Origin: Ruditapes philippinarum
Taxonomy: Eukaryota
Length of the DNA: 64,000 bases
Direction of reading: 5' to 3'
Assembly (NCBI RefSeq): GCF_026571515.1
Contig: NW_026861405.1
Coordinates: forward strand, 62,001 to 126,000
The notes beneath the pieces are model-generated. The model was not told the origin of the DNA. It worked only from the letters and a program-made list of their open reading frames with translations, and searched no databases. Shown here one piece after another: positions 26,187 through 41,100 of the stretch. How positions within the stretch are numbered: position 1 is the stretch's first letter; every line of letters starts with the position of its first letter. Made by a program: the position numbers and the translations under genes.

Positions 26187-27319
26187 ACATGTATTTACGT
26201 TTTAAGCGGGTAATCTCGGTTTATCAGAGAAAAGGCTACTGGCAATGTCACTTATTTTATTACCGTAAGTAACGTGTCATTGATAATTGATAAATATTTA
26301 AGAACTTAATAACCTATTCACATACAGACAAATTTACCTTGGACTTAAACTGACCTTTTTTTTAATAAATAAAACAATTATAGCTTTGTTCAGTTCAACT
26401 ATAAACTTAACTTTAAAGGCAGATCGAGTCCTTTCGTTTTTTGTATTTTGACCTTACATATACGATACTTATATTAAAGAGAAGCTGTACATGACTCGCT
26501 TTTATGGCCAGAAACTTTTTTTGAAAAACTGTATCAGGATCAGGACACCAAAAAAGTCGGAAAAAGGGTTTTGAATGATGCATTTTTTTATAAAAGGTTT
26601 GTTTTTAAAAAGAGGTGTATAATTTCAAATATGCCAAATTTTTATTTACAAAAATTTTTGCCCCTGTTTTTTTAATTTCTTTCATTTTCCCAAAAGTGTA
26701 TATAAAATTTTTAAACGTGGATTTGGTTTACAGGAAAATTTTGTAAGACTCGAGTGTCAAGGTGCTTTTCTTGTGTTGTGTACGTACAAGTCGACTTGAC
26801 TTTTAACTTGGCCTATAGTAAGTCATTTCATGCCAATCTATACTAAAATACACGGTATATGTCATTTACAAACAACAGACCGATCGCCCATGTAATCGTG
26901 GCGCGCCTGTATATTTATAATTATGTCCTAGAACTTCCATAACAAGTTACTACTTTCTCTCCGTTTCTTTAACTTCGAGCCCAGTCTCTCGAACTATCTG
27001 TTCATCATTAACTTTGGTCGGAGAAATGATCTTGTACTATCAATACGACGAACACCATATCCAGACAGATTATGGCCTGCTTTTAACTTCTTCAAGGGCA
27101 GGAAAAAAGACATTTTATGTAATCGTAAGTTATTTCCAGGTTACGCATAAATACAAGAGGAAATGTATACGAAGTTTCTCTTTTTAGCCATACACAAACG
27201 CGAAATGCTACCTCCGTTTCTAGGGAAATATCGCATTGTAAAAAGGTCAAGGATATTTGACATTACTATTTCAAATTTTACCACTTTGACACAAGAGACG
27301 AGAACTTTATGATATTTGA

Positions 27320-28527
27320 CGTTTTATAATACTGCACGTTTGTAACGTCGCTTTTCATTGGATAATCGTGACGGTTATATTATTAGTTATAAAGATTGTT
27401 GACAGGTTATATGGCCCTATATAAACGGCTATTTGTAAATATAACCCGAGCCGCTAGGCGAGGGTTATATTGCAAACAGCCGTTTATATACGGCCATATA
27501 ACCTGTCAACAATCTTTATAACGAATTTATAGTACAGCAAGCATCATTTTTTAAAGAAAAAAATAAGATTTCTTCACGAGTCGACAGCAGCCGTGTATAT
27601 AAAACTTTATTACCCTTCCAGATTTTTTTCGCCTTTTTGATTGGATATTGATCACCCGAAAGAAATTGATATAACCGAGCCAGACGGGTAATATACACGC
27701 TAAATTTCCCCGTTTGGTACCCAACGTTGTAAACAACATGCGCTGAGGTGATGCGCGTACGGTTCGATTTTACGCGGTGTAAATTCCGATTTAAAAGCAC
27801 TTTTTAACTGTCAAATGATCAATATTTTACCAAAGTAGAGTAATGATACATATTACCATCAGTATCGAAAAACAAATATGACCTTGTGAAAGCTTGATAT
27901 TAATTACAAAAAAGTGCGTTCAATAGACTACTCCTTTTCTCTTGTTTACTTTCGTAAGGTACGGGAAAAATACGTCATGTATTTATGTGACGTCATGTTG
28001 TGACGAAGAGGTATCCTAAAGGGAATCTTATTTCGACGTTTCATTTGAAACAGCAATGATTTTTTAAAAAATCGTCTAAACTCGGCAGGGGAAGGGTAAT
28101 AAAATTATTATTTTGGTTTTGGAGTGATATATGTGGATATATTACCTGCCAAGATAAAATATCACCCTCGCCTAACGGCTCGGGTAATATAAAATCTTAA
28201 CAGGTAATATATCCACATATATCACTCCAAAACCAAAATAACATATAATATAAACGTCACGATTATCCAATGAAAAGTGACGTTACAAACGTGCAGTATT
28301 ATAAAGCTTTATATACATGTACACGGCTTCTGTCAGTTTATTAAGAAATTACATTTTTTTTCCCGAAAAAAGAAGTTTGCTGTATTATAAATTCGTCATA
28401 AAGATTCCTGACATGTTATATGGCCGTATATAAACGGTTGTTTGCAATATAACGCTCGCCTAGCGCCCCGGGTTATATACAAACAACCGTTTATATAGGG
28501 CCATATAACCTGTCAAGAATCTTTATA
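27320..28527. mobile_element. Cluster of hairpin-terminated non-autonomous elements
   Basis: Near-perfect ~130-bp hairpins at 27386-27521, 28108-28240 and 28398-28527. An inverted ~55-bp segment lies at 27323-27378 / 28249-28305. Confidence 0.75.
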
Positions 28528-29564
28528 TCTAATAAAAGAAATAATATATGTTGAAACAGACATGTTATAGCAATCACCCTCTCCCGCGTTCGATCTGAAT
28601 TCTCGGTTATCAGCACTATCATTTGGATCGTTTAAATTCAAGTGGCGTTATTAATATAAGCAGTCAAGTGCTCGTGTTCTTAAGGCACTTAATTACTATT
28701 ACTTAGCTGGAGAAAAAAACCACATTACCATAAACTCACTCTGTATGATATAAGTTAGTGATGAAAGTTACAGGGAAATTACCATAATTATTATTAACAG
28801 TAGGTGGACTTGTGCGGATTTTTTTTAATTCAGTTCACAAGAAATGTGGACTCGTAAATTCAAACTGAAAGTATTGAGGGGTATCCTTTCAAAATTTATC
28901 TTGAGATCAAATTTCAATATAGGACATTCTTTTGCATCCGCAATTAATTATTTTAGTCTCCGGAGAAACATTTTCATCATTGGGAACAATTCTTTGAAAA
29001 AACAAGGGATTCTATTACGGGTTAATATATAGAGACATGCCTGCCAATGCTGGAATCTGAAAGTAACGAAAAAATATCAAAATCTAAAATTGAATATAAC
29101 TTACCGAAGGTATATAAAAGCTTGGATTTCAATTAGCAAGGAAATAATATTGAGGAGGAACCATTTAATAAACAGTATCCGAAACAAATAAAAAAAAATC
29201 AACCGTATAGAATTTTTGTACATAACTTTATTAATGGATTCCTTTATTACATGTTACCAATGTAAATATTTTTAAAAATGAAGTACATGCATCTAAAAAA
29301 GACGTTGCCGTAAAATCCAAGAAAAGTTTTAAGATACCTTTGAAAAGTGATTTCAAGCCAATTAAGCCAGAAGCGCGATTCCTTTATTATTTGTTAGAAA
29401 TATGAGCGTATTATGAAAAGTTATTTCTGACCACAAAATCAAATGATAAGATGACCAGTTTACAAAATACTGTGGATAGATTACGATATACAAGCCTAAG
29501 TCATAGACTACAAACTATATACGATGGTAAAATTTATGAAATGCAAGTCAGTCTTGTGTGTGCC

Positions 29565-29790
29565 ATGGTCAGATCACAGAATACGATGGTCAGATCACAG
29601 AATATGATGGTCAAATCACAGAATACGATGATCACATTACGAATACGATGGTCAATCACAGAATACGATGGTCAAATCACAGAATACGATGGTCAAATCA
29701 CATACGATGGTCAAATCACAGAATACGATGGTCAAATCACATACGATGGTCAAATCACAGAATACGATGGTCAGATGACGAAATACAATA
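29565..29790. repeat. 21-bp minisatellite
   Basis: Unit CAGAATACGATGGTCAAATCA with 17-bp deletion variants. Confidence 0.9.
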
Positions 29791-30047
29791 GTCAGGCTAA
29801 TGTTACTTATTGTATGTCATGGTCAGATGAGAGCATATGTTGGTCAGATTACGAACTACAATAGTCAAATTACAGAATACGATGGCCAGATAAGTACATT
29901 AGTGAAGACTAAATTATGCCTTGGTCAGACTGCAGAATATAAATTTGAATTTCATGAATATTTGCAAAATTAATAATTTCAATAATCGAAACAATAATAC
30001 ATGTAAATGCTATTTCATTTGTATACTCTTGTGTCTGACATGGGTTA

Positions 30048-30410
30048 TGTTACCACAGATCAGTCAATTTTACTCCACATGTGGTAAATGTTACCACAGA
30101 TCAGTCAATTTTACTCCACATGTGGTAAATGTTACCACAGATCTGACCATTTTACTCCATATGTGGTGAGTGTTACCACAGATCGTATCATTTTGCTAAA
30201 CATGTTAACTACCACAGAGCTGGCCACTTTTGTTAACATGTAGTGTTGTTCCTACAGACTTGACTTTACATGGATGTTACCACCGAGTTGAACATTTTAT
30301 TTCCCCATGTGGTGTTAAATTTACCACACAACTGATCATTTTACTTCACATCAGGTGTATATGTTACCATAGTATTGACCATTTTACCACACATGTGGTG
30401 TACAGGTAAC
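30048..30410. repeat. 41-bp degenerate minisatellite
   Basis: Unit GTTACCACAGATCAGTCAATTTTACTCCACATGTGGTAAAT, decaying rightwards. Confidence 0.8.
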
Positions 30411-32161
30411 CATTTGACTTCACCTACACACTTGACTCCAAATGTACCATTTGACTTCACCTACACACTTGACTCCAAATGTTGTGTATACACACATTAG
30501 TATACTAATATTTCTCCCTGAACACTTTCAAAACAACCACTTGATATCCACTTAAAACATTCTCTTTACAAAATACAGAACAAAGACTGGATTTTTTTCA
30601 TTAGCACTTTACTGACATATTAAAAGTAGGTGAATGAGTAACTATGTTTACTTGTATACATGATTCATAAACTTGTAAATTGTGTCATACAACAATATAG
30701 GATCCCAGTAATTAAACATAATGTTGTATCCCACTGAACAGTCATACTTATAAATTCATATTTACTGTACATACACTCATATTTTCCAACACCAGTAAGT
30801 CATCTGCAAGGCAAAATTTTTTTTTGGAATTTATCAAAAATAATTATCAAGATGGACATTTGCAAAACTACTCTATCTCTATGAAGGGGAGAGAGGGAAT
30901 AGGGAATAATATTACTGGAAACATAACTACTCTCTAAAGTAGCACATAAGAGCAGGTTTTATGTGCTAGTAAAATATGTATCAGTAGAAGGAATATTTGA
31001 ATTAAATTCCTTTTTTCAAAATTATATATTGAACATAATAACAGAAATTATTGCAATACTAGTAGAAAAGGTGGGACAGAACTCCCTGAACATGTGATTT
31101 ATATGCACAGGTCCTCCTTAGCTGGAAGTAACTTATCAAGTTTTGATATATTCAGGCTAATGGTTGCCGAGACAGATGGGGCGTTGTATATGTGCATCCC
31201 CATTTCAGGGGAGAGGGGTGGGGGAGGGGGTTAAAATGAGGTAGAGATGATAGATGAGAAAGTTTTTATACACTGGTCCCATCCAAGATAATTTACAGAA
31301 ATCTAAAATCTAACCATGTTTCTTATATCTTACATTAACTGCTACTTACAAGAAATTTCAGTCATATCAAAAAGTAGCCTCCATTCTTACACCAGATTAT
31401 ATTCTGCACTCACATGACATTAACTTATTCATTCAATGATGCACTTGTACTTGCACTTTTCTTACATGTTTCATGACTTCAAAAGCAACACATATATCTA
31501 GAGTGATCCCATTTCCTTACCATCTTCATTCAAGAGGATGTGACACTTAAGTGAAGTTTGGTTTTTCTAGAAAGAGATATGTATAGATTATTTAACCCAT
31601 AAACTTTCCTTCCAGAGGTTTTGGTTTCAACATTGATATTAAAATGTTAGACAAGGTTTACCTTTTATATAATTATAAAATAAAAAAGGAAAATACACAG
31701 TAAATTTTATTAACAAATTTCATTTAGACTTCTTCTGAAGTCATTAACATTGTGGTAATGTTTTTTGTTGTTTCTTAACACGAAAAGAAACCCTGACAGA
31801 GTAAAGTGTCATTGACAAAAACAGAATAAATATCATTGTCCATAACATAGGCAATATCGTCAAACATAGTCTGAGATTTAAATCAAGCATTTGTCGTTAC
31901 TACTGCTTTTTACAACAAACAAAAGCAACTAATACCAAACATATTGAGTACAGAGTAAACCTATGATGCTCTTGTAACAATCATGAAAATATCTTATAAA
32001 CAAACAGAATTCACATATATTCACAACAATAAACCTTCGTATACATGATTTACATGATTTTCTAAATATGTAAAATAACAAGTTGTAATTATTCAACACA
32101 GGAAGGGAAATCACTCTTGTTGTATTGATCAGATATTCTGACTTGTGTTGTCACACATTCT

Positions 32162-35100
32162 TTATTCTGATGCGGAACCTGATCCAGACTCGGACTCGGA
32201 GGCAGCCTCACCAGGATCCGAGTGATCCGGGGAACTTAATATTTCTTCTTCATCTGGTAACTACAAAATAAACAATGATTGTATAGTGGACAGATTTAAG
32301 ATTTTGTTTCTAATTGCCATGGTATTCAGACTTCTGCTTGTAACAAAATTAACTGAAATACCTTGATGCGACTTTATGCAAGGAACATTTTTACCAGGCT
32401 TCATAAACTTATTTTATTGGTATCATACAAGAAGATGTCTGAAAAAAGTTGTGATCCTAGACCTCAGTCAAAAAATTAAAATTATAGAGACCATAGAAAG
32501 TGAATTTATCAATAAACTTTTTTTAAAAAGAAATGTTTGTAATTTCCTTAAGAGCTCACAAGCACATACATTAGATCTGGCAATATTTTATTTGCATGCA
32601 TGCAGTAATTGCTAATTGTTATAACAGCACCATAATATTACATTCTGGAATATTTTATTTTGTTTAAGTGGAATATTCATGTCAAACATTCAATGTTACA
32701 AGTCTTTAGAGAATTGACCACAATATTATGGAAACAACATAATTTTACTGTTTGTAAATTTTATAAAAATATTTCATCACAAATACTTTATATCCTTTAA
32801 GAACAATGTGTAAACTTTAACTTTACAATAAAATCAGATTTATACTTACTGAACCAACATCAGATTCCTCCCCTTCTTTCCTCTGAGATCTACGTTTCAC
32901 ACCTGTTGGTTTTTCTCCCTCCGATTCTGAACCAGATTCTTCTACCTCCATTTTCTCCTTCTTCTCTTTCTTACTTGTTTTCTGTTTCTAAACAAAACAA
33001 GGGTAATATAATAAAATATTTCTGTAATATGAAACAATTACAAACAAGAGCCGGTTTAACCAGGTCATGCTCCCCGACTAAGTTTTGGACACAGAAAGTA
33101 TATCTTTTGTAGTTTCAGAGTTATGTCCCAGACAAAGTTCAAAGTGTGATAATTCCAAACTTAGGCAAGGCAGAGGTACTGTTCTTTGCACTGCACTTCT
33201 ACTCAATGAGATCTATCTACCGACCTTGCGTGTGACACATCTGTCTAAACATGGTGATCATTTCTGTGAAATAGTTGTAAAATCTGACTTCAAATAACAA
33301 AGTTATGGGCCGGACACAATTTTGCTGCAAGGTCATGCTGTGATCTTGACCTACAAGGTAGCAACCCAAAATTTTTCGGGGAGCATAACAACCATTTTGT
33401 TGAATTAATATCCCTGTTGTATGATACAACCAACTGAATGGAAGCATCTTAGTATTATGTGTAAGAATGAAAATGAATATTAAGCTGAAATGAAGCTAAA
33501 TTAAGTACCTGATACAATTTTAGCCCAATCATTTTTAGCAAGTTGAAGCAACTAGACATCCTTTCAAGATGACAATATGAATGGTATTGCCAAATGTCAA
33601 TAGGTCATTCATTTCAAGTATGTTACTATGTTAATTACAATTTTAAGAGTAAATAATCAAAATTATCTGATTTCCCTAAATAATGTTCTGCATGGTTTAC
33701 GAGTATGAAGCCATTGAACCATAATTATACAAATTCCACTTGTATGAGACACATCTAACTTACCAAACCAGAGTAAATAGAACATTTTATTTTCTTAAAT
33801 CACAATCAAGGGAGAAAACTGGAGAAGAAATATGTTTAATAAACATCATGATTTTCCAATGAATTATGTTACAATCATGCAGTGTTACATGTTGTACTGA
33901 CCTTTTTGAGAGGTTTATCATCCTCATCTTCAGACTCGTCAGATGATGACTCACTCTCCGAAATGAATTCCTTACTTTTATATGAACCACCAGCTCCTGC
34001 CTTAGATTCTACAGCTGGCTTCTTCGGACTGGATTTTGATTTCGACTTTGACTTTTTCTCACTTGGACTGCTATAATTATATATTTTACTCTGATAAATA
34101 AAAATTAATTCTGTAAAATGTTCAATACAAAATGCCCCACACAAAGTCATAATAGACTAATCAAAGACTTAAGATATCTGGAAAACTTATAGTCACGTTG
34201 TGCATATTTTCCACATCTTGTGCCCATATTTTTTTACTAAAAGGTTTACTTTTTCGTATCTATTTAGACATTGTTGCTTTTAGGATACACAAAAACTCTA
34301 ACAATTTGCTTCTCTGGTACAGTGTTTCTGCCAGAGCGCGTTTTTGCGTTTTTGGCGCACTATTTTCAGCCATGGCGCAATGAAATTTAGTTAGTGCGTA
34401 TTTTGTGACGCAAGAATTTCACCGTCGCTGATTTCAACACAAGTCAGATATACAGACTATAAACCGTCAATTCAGTATAAAAATGTACGGAATGTTTACC
34501 GTGGGCTCCACTATAATTTTAATGAGAAATGAAATTACCGGGTCCGTGGTCCGGCATTTAGCCAATTTCAACTAGTTAATAAACGCTTGCATTATACGTT
34601 ACTGCATATATTGAAAGCGCCCAAACAAATTATTTATTTTGTTGTCGTCATATTCTGCGAACGAATAACTGTCTGCTGGAAAATGCAGTCTGCGTATATG
34701 TTAGTGTTCATATCGTTCTGTGCTGTTCTACAGAAATTAGAAACTTCGAAGGAGCGATAGCGACAGGAGAATGTTTCTAATTTCTGTAAAACAGCTAAGG
34801 ATGAACACTTAACATATTTAGTGTCAAGCTTTATTTGGCCCTTGATTACGTCACTAGGCTGTACTATGAAGCACTATGAAAAATAGAAGGCGACTATGAA
34901 CGAATTTCAATATAGTATCGACTTTCTTTCTTCTATGAAAATTAACACACATAATTTTTAAGAAATACAGCGTTATTATTGGATGACAAATAATCCAAAA
35001 TAGCAGAGATTGACCAATTTCTTCACGAAAAATATACAAAATATTGTAAATAAAACTTATAAAGTGTTACCTGTTTTTTTTTTTTACATTTTTGTTAAAT

Positions 35101-38100
35101 TTATTGGCATGACCCTTATGAATTTGAAATGACCCCTAAAATATCATACAGGGGGTCATAAAAGACCCTCAGAAAATCAGAGCTGGCAGAAACACTGCTG
35201 GTATGTTTGTGTTAAATACTTAGTTAGTGAAACACCAAAATACAGATTTCCCCCATTATAAAAGTTTCAAGATATTTTGAGCTGCTAGTCATATATCAAA
35301 TGAATTCAAATCTAAAAACGTTCAAATCTTATAAATTGAATCTCTCACCTAGATTTTGGAGGTCCTTCTTCTTTAAGTTTTTTATTGTACTCCTTAATAG
35401 CAATATCATATTCTTCTTTGGCCTCCTTTGCTTTCTCTTCAAATGGCTAAAATGTATTACATATTCCTATATATAACTGTAAGACATGCCCCTGTTAAAT
35501 TACTGTCAAATCAGACTTTTTAAAAGAGATTAAATTTTGCTGTAAAATCTTGTGAATAGTAAAATTCCGAAACTTTAAATGTTTGCTCAATGTCATATAG
35601 ATGAAAAATGACTCTAATTTAACTTTAAATGGTCTTTATTTTGGGTATGTGATAAATAGAATAAATTTGTGTAAGTTCATTACTGAATTTATTGCACTCG
35701 TTGATTTAAATAATATTATGCTCGCCAGAGGCTCGCATAATATAATTTTATCAACTCATGCAATAAATTCAGTATTGAACTTACACTCATTCAATATCCT
35801 CTATTTATAATTAACATAGCAAAACAGTCTGAAATGTTGATTTCAAGAAATTTTGGCCTAGGGTAAATTTCTGATTTTTTTTGCTTGCTTTAAATTTGTA
35901 TCTTTCTGTAGTTACTTTCTAAGCTAAATCAGTATATCAGAATAAATAAGTTGTTTAGTAATGCAAGCTGTTCTGGTTTTATAATAATAGCAAAAGCAAG
36001 TCTTTTTGTCACCAGCTTTCTGAGTTAAGATGAGAAGAGCTGGTAAAAGACAAGGGCAGAAAAAAAACCTAGTAATACATAAATAAATTTATTACCTGAT
36101 ACCTTATATAAATGTAATTTGTTATTATTTACTGTTTTCTGAAATTCTAAAAACGTCAACATTCGCGAACTGTTGACCGGTCAATAGTTTCAACTGTTTC
36201 CCTCTCGTGCTCTGACGTCATTGACGTCATAGAGGATTCCCACTTGAAGCGTCCATCGATCTTGATCATGAACCAGATTTGACGTGACATAGTTAAAATA
36301 TTAAGTTTAATTATTAACATATACAGTGCAAAACTATTTTCTTGTTCCTTTTTTCTTCTGCAAATACTGTTAAATCAGTAGTTGATCAGGTAATAAAACA
36401 GTTATTTCATGTGTGATTTGGGAACAGTCAAACAGTTGTCACTCAGTGTCGGGGATAGTGTTTTGAACTGTTGCCCTCGGCCTACGGCCTTGGGCAAAAG
36501 TTCAAAACACTACCCCCTCCACCTCGGGCCAACAGTTTGACTGTTCCCAAATCACATATGAAATAACTGTATATTGTTTAATTATTTAAGTTTGGAAAAA
36601 ACTAAACAGTTTTTGAAAGTAAAATGTTTGTAATTTCAATATAAAAAGCAAGTCTATGTAAAATACTGAAACTTTTTGCCAAAATAAAAGATTTGCCAAA
36701 TTTTTAAAGAAAAAAAAAATCCCCCTTTTTTTTTTTTTTTTTTAATCACACAACACAGAAAAAATTATAGACAAAATTCCTTAAGTGGTAAGAAAACCTC
36801 GGGTGCATTTGGGAGTTTTTTCGGGCATTGAACGGGTCCCGGTAGAACTACAAATTTCCAAAAAGCAGTGGATAAAACCTTATATAAAAAGAAGGGTTGG
36901 TTCTACCCAAATGTTAGGGAAGTGTTTTTTAAATCAACAACCAAAACCAGGGACCCCCAAATTAAACTGACTCTGCACAAAAATAGGTTAATCTGTCATT
37001 AACCATCTTTTGAAATTTTTGGGTAGGTTGTTGAATTTCTTTCCAATCAAAAAGCCCAAATATATAAACAATAATCTTTTTAAAACTTTCAATAATTATC
37101 GGGGTAATTTTTCACCTTTTTTCCCCTTTTCTGTTAAAAACCCCTTCCCCAACTTCCCGCTTTTTTTTGAGAATCAAAACAAAGAAAAACCAGGATTTTT
37201 TATGTCTTTGTTTTTCTTTCTGACATAAACCAGATGAATATCAGTCTGGGACGTTTGGGTTTTTTGGGTCACGATCTTCTTTTTTCTTCTTTTTCTTGAC
37301 CACCTTCTTTTTAAAAATTTAAAAAATTTCAAATTTTTTTCTACTTTTTTTACAATGAGTTCCCAAAAAATTTTTGTATCATGCAGGAAAATTCCAACTC
37401 CAAAATATTTTATTCCTTTTTTTTAATTTTTTTCCAAATTGTTTTTTTTCCAGGGGTTGTGACCTCAGTACCACTCAAACCAATCATACCTGGTTAAAAG
37501 GCAGATACTTTTTATCTTTCCCCCTCCCTCTATACTTATTTTCATTAATTTTTGTTATATATGATTTACATTAACATTCTGACTAACAATATGCTTCAAT
37601 CTACATTTGTATATCTTTAACTATGAACATTTTCTGTAATTTACCACAGTTTTAGAAGATTTAGATTTTTCTCTCTTCTCCATTTTTTCTTGTTTTCTCC
37701 TTTCCTTTTCTTTCCTCTTCTCTGCCTTCTTTTCTTCATCTTGTTCACCACCAGAGCCACTACCTTCCTGAAGTTATACCAATCATTCATTTTATGCAAT
37801 CTGTCATTAATACTAACACCCCCATCAAACTGTGTACTTGCATTTTCATGATACATATACAGAACAGTAAAGCCGACATAAACCAAACAGTGAGGCCGAC
37901 ATAAACCAAACAGTGAAGCCGACATAAACCAAACAGTAAGGTTGACATAAACCAAACAGTGAGACAGACATAAACCATACAGTGAGGCCGACATAAACCA
38001 GTGAGGCCGACATAAACCAAACAGTATGGCCGACATAAACCAACTAATGAGGCCGACATAAACCAAACAGTGAAGCAGACATAAACCAAATGGTAAGGCC

Positions 38101-41100
38101 AACGGTAACCAAATAGTAAGGCCAAGGTAAACCAAACAGTAAGGCAGAAATAAACACTATCACACATCAAAAATGTGAAACATGAATTATTGACTTATCA
38201 AACTTTGAAAATTTACATTGAGCCAACACTATAAAGGTCACATGGTAACTTTCCAGCTTTACCTGTGGAGGAAGGCCTCTGAAAAGACACCCAAGTGGAA
38301 CCACTAATTTTCCGTAAGGTAGCTGAAGAGCTTCCTTATATGAAAGAATTCCAGTCTGAAGTGATGAGTTGCCAGTAGTTTAAGTCAATGACCTTAATCA
38401 CTCAGCCACAGACCCCCCATTTACTGCCTGGTATTAAACTTTTAAAGGTAACCTTTACCTTGAGGCAGCACAACTGTGTCAACACAAATCAGGCACAAGG
38501 ATGGCATGGATTCTACACATTCCCTTAAGGTGAACATTTAACCAAAGTTAAAAGAAAATCCTTGAAGGGGTATATGACTTATAGCACAAACAAACTTGTC
38601 TGCCTACTGGCCATCTGATATTTAAGTATCAAGCATGATCCTGACCTTGACATGGGACATTGGTGGCATGGGTTCTGCACATTACCCTGTTTAGGTTGAC
38701 ATTTGAAAAAAAAATCCCTCAAAGGATAAAGGATTTTTATTGCAGACACATGGAGACTAACTGACCAGCTAACTGAATGACCAACCAACATGACAAAGTA
38801 ATATAGACTCTAAAACATTATGTGGTGGGGGTGTTACAAAGTGTGGGTCTTACATGTTTAAATAATCACTTAAACAATATTTATTAACTACAAAAGCATA
38901 CTGTCGAGAATTGCGCTTATAACATGTTTGCCAGTTAAAAGACCCAACGTATGCGTGGACGTCTTTTTTACCCTAAGGGGTAAAAACGGGTTTCCCCAAA
39001 CTTTTTTCCTTTTTTTGTAGTGTAAAGGTTAGTAGTTTGAATAGACGTATAAACCAGACACAACGTGTTGTACATTATTATGATAGTATAGTACCCTATC
39101 CGACACATACATAGATGCCCCAACATACCACTGTTTTGTCTGTCTACTAGCTGATAATTAAGTTACTATCTCTATGACTAAGACCATACTTACTTTCTAC
39201 CTTATGACTTAGCACCTTAGAACAGCTTTATAAATGCTAACAGATTACCAACTAACTGAAAGCAAATTTTTAAGACTACCAACTTACTGGTAACTGACTC
39301 ATTATCTGAAACTTGACTATAATTTACTGACTACCAACTTACTTCATCAGAGTCTGAGGTAGTCATAGGATTACTGTCATACTCCTCAGCAACATCACTA
39401 GCTGAATCCTCAGGTCGGAAATCTTCATCTGAAATTTATAAATGAACTTCTCAATTGAAACACTATTACTTCCATAACCCGTTCTGGGCTATGAATTTAT
39501 TACAAATGTATGTACAACAAGAGCAGTCGGAGATGACAAGAACCTGTGTTTGGTGGAATCATGCCCGTGGCACTTTTGTTCAGAAATATTATATTTTTGC
39601 TTTATCTCAAAAGGGGAAACTAATACAAAATTATAGTATTGGCATTACCTGAAGAATCACTATCATCATCAAGAGCATCACTATCCCTGTCTTTTCCTTC
39701 AGCTTTCATTCTCTCCAGATAGGCATCATGTCCTCCATCCTCATCATCACTGTCCATCATCGCATCATAATTGTTAACACCACTCTGAAATACATGTATG
39801 TAATGTTGTCAATTCTTTCTTTGTCTGGATTTTACACAAAGTTCAACACTTTTTTGGTCACATCTTGGGTCACAGCTTTCCTGGATAACTAACAAGTGAT
39901 TACCAGTATCTCAGCAATTGACTGACCACTAAAATCACATAATTTCTGAATCAACGATGACAGACAAATGACTATAAGACCTAACCTCTCGAATCAATTG
40001 TCATATTGAAATTTTGCGGTGTCTGAGGAGCGAATCATCTATCTGAACTTCTCCCTGTAAAACTAAGTGAGCATACTTTAAATTTTGACGGCATTCTTTA
40101 CCTTTAAGTCAAACCAGCAATTGAAAAAAGTTTGAAATCAGACAGCATCAGCTGAAGAATCATGTTGTATAATTTACAAGATACACACTACCTACCTTTT
40201 TATTACCAATATTTTTCATTCTCAGATTTTTATTCTTTGCAAACTCAAATAGTTTTCCATACTCATCCCTGTAAATAAATAACCATGTTTAAAACATGTT
40301 TGTGTACCAACAAGCAGTGGATCTATAACAAATACTGCATAATGACAGTATATACATTACAGTGAACAGTTTTTCCTATTCTGTAATATGGCATTAATAA
40401 AAGAAAGCCTGTGCTTTTTTTCAGTAAAGTAACTTTTCTAAGAAAAAGGAGGCACATGACCTATGTTGGACAATATTTAATGATTACTATACAGTCATAT
40501 ATCATTAAAGTCCAAAATTTCTACTTAGGTATTGAATGAGCCAATTACTTAAAATTACTTCAATTCAACACAAGAGCACCGCTAGGCGGAGCATTATATG
40601 CCCGAAAGTGTTTTTTTTTAAAGTCAAGATGAAGCATTTGTAAGAATTGGAATTAAATAAAGTATTACCTCCTTCAATTAACAATCCTCCTATGAAGTTT
40701 GAATATTGTGGTCCAAATGGAACTTAAGTTATGCCCTGAAAACTGTTTTCAGTTTTAAGGTAAGAGTGACCTTGACCTTTGACCTTGTGACCCCAAAATC
40801 AATTGGGGTCTTCTACCTAATATGGACAAACTTCCTATGAAATTTGAATATTGTGGGCCGAATGGAACTTAAGTTATGCTCAAGAAACTGTTTTCAATTT
40901 CAAAGTAATAGTGACCTTGACCTTTGATCTTGTGACAATATGGACAATCATCCTATGAAGTATGAACACTGTGGGCAAATGGAACTTAAGTTATGCTCCC
41001 GGAAACTGTTTTCAGTTTTAAGGTCATAGTGACTTAACTTTTGACCTTGTTGACCCCAAAACCAATAGGTTTTCTACCCAATATGGACAATCATTTCCTA

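Noticed and set aside
29451-29864. 137-aa ITEYDGQ repeat protein
   Set aside because: Translation of the 21-bp minisatellite with frame-breaking 17-bp units.
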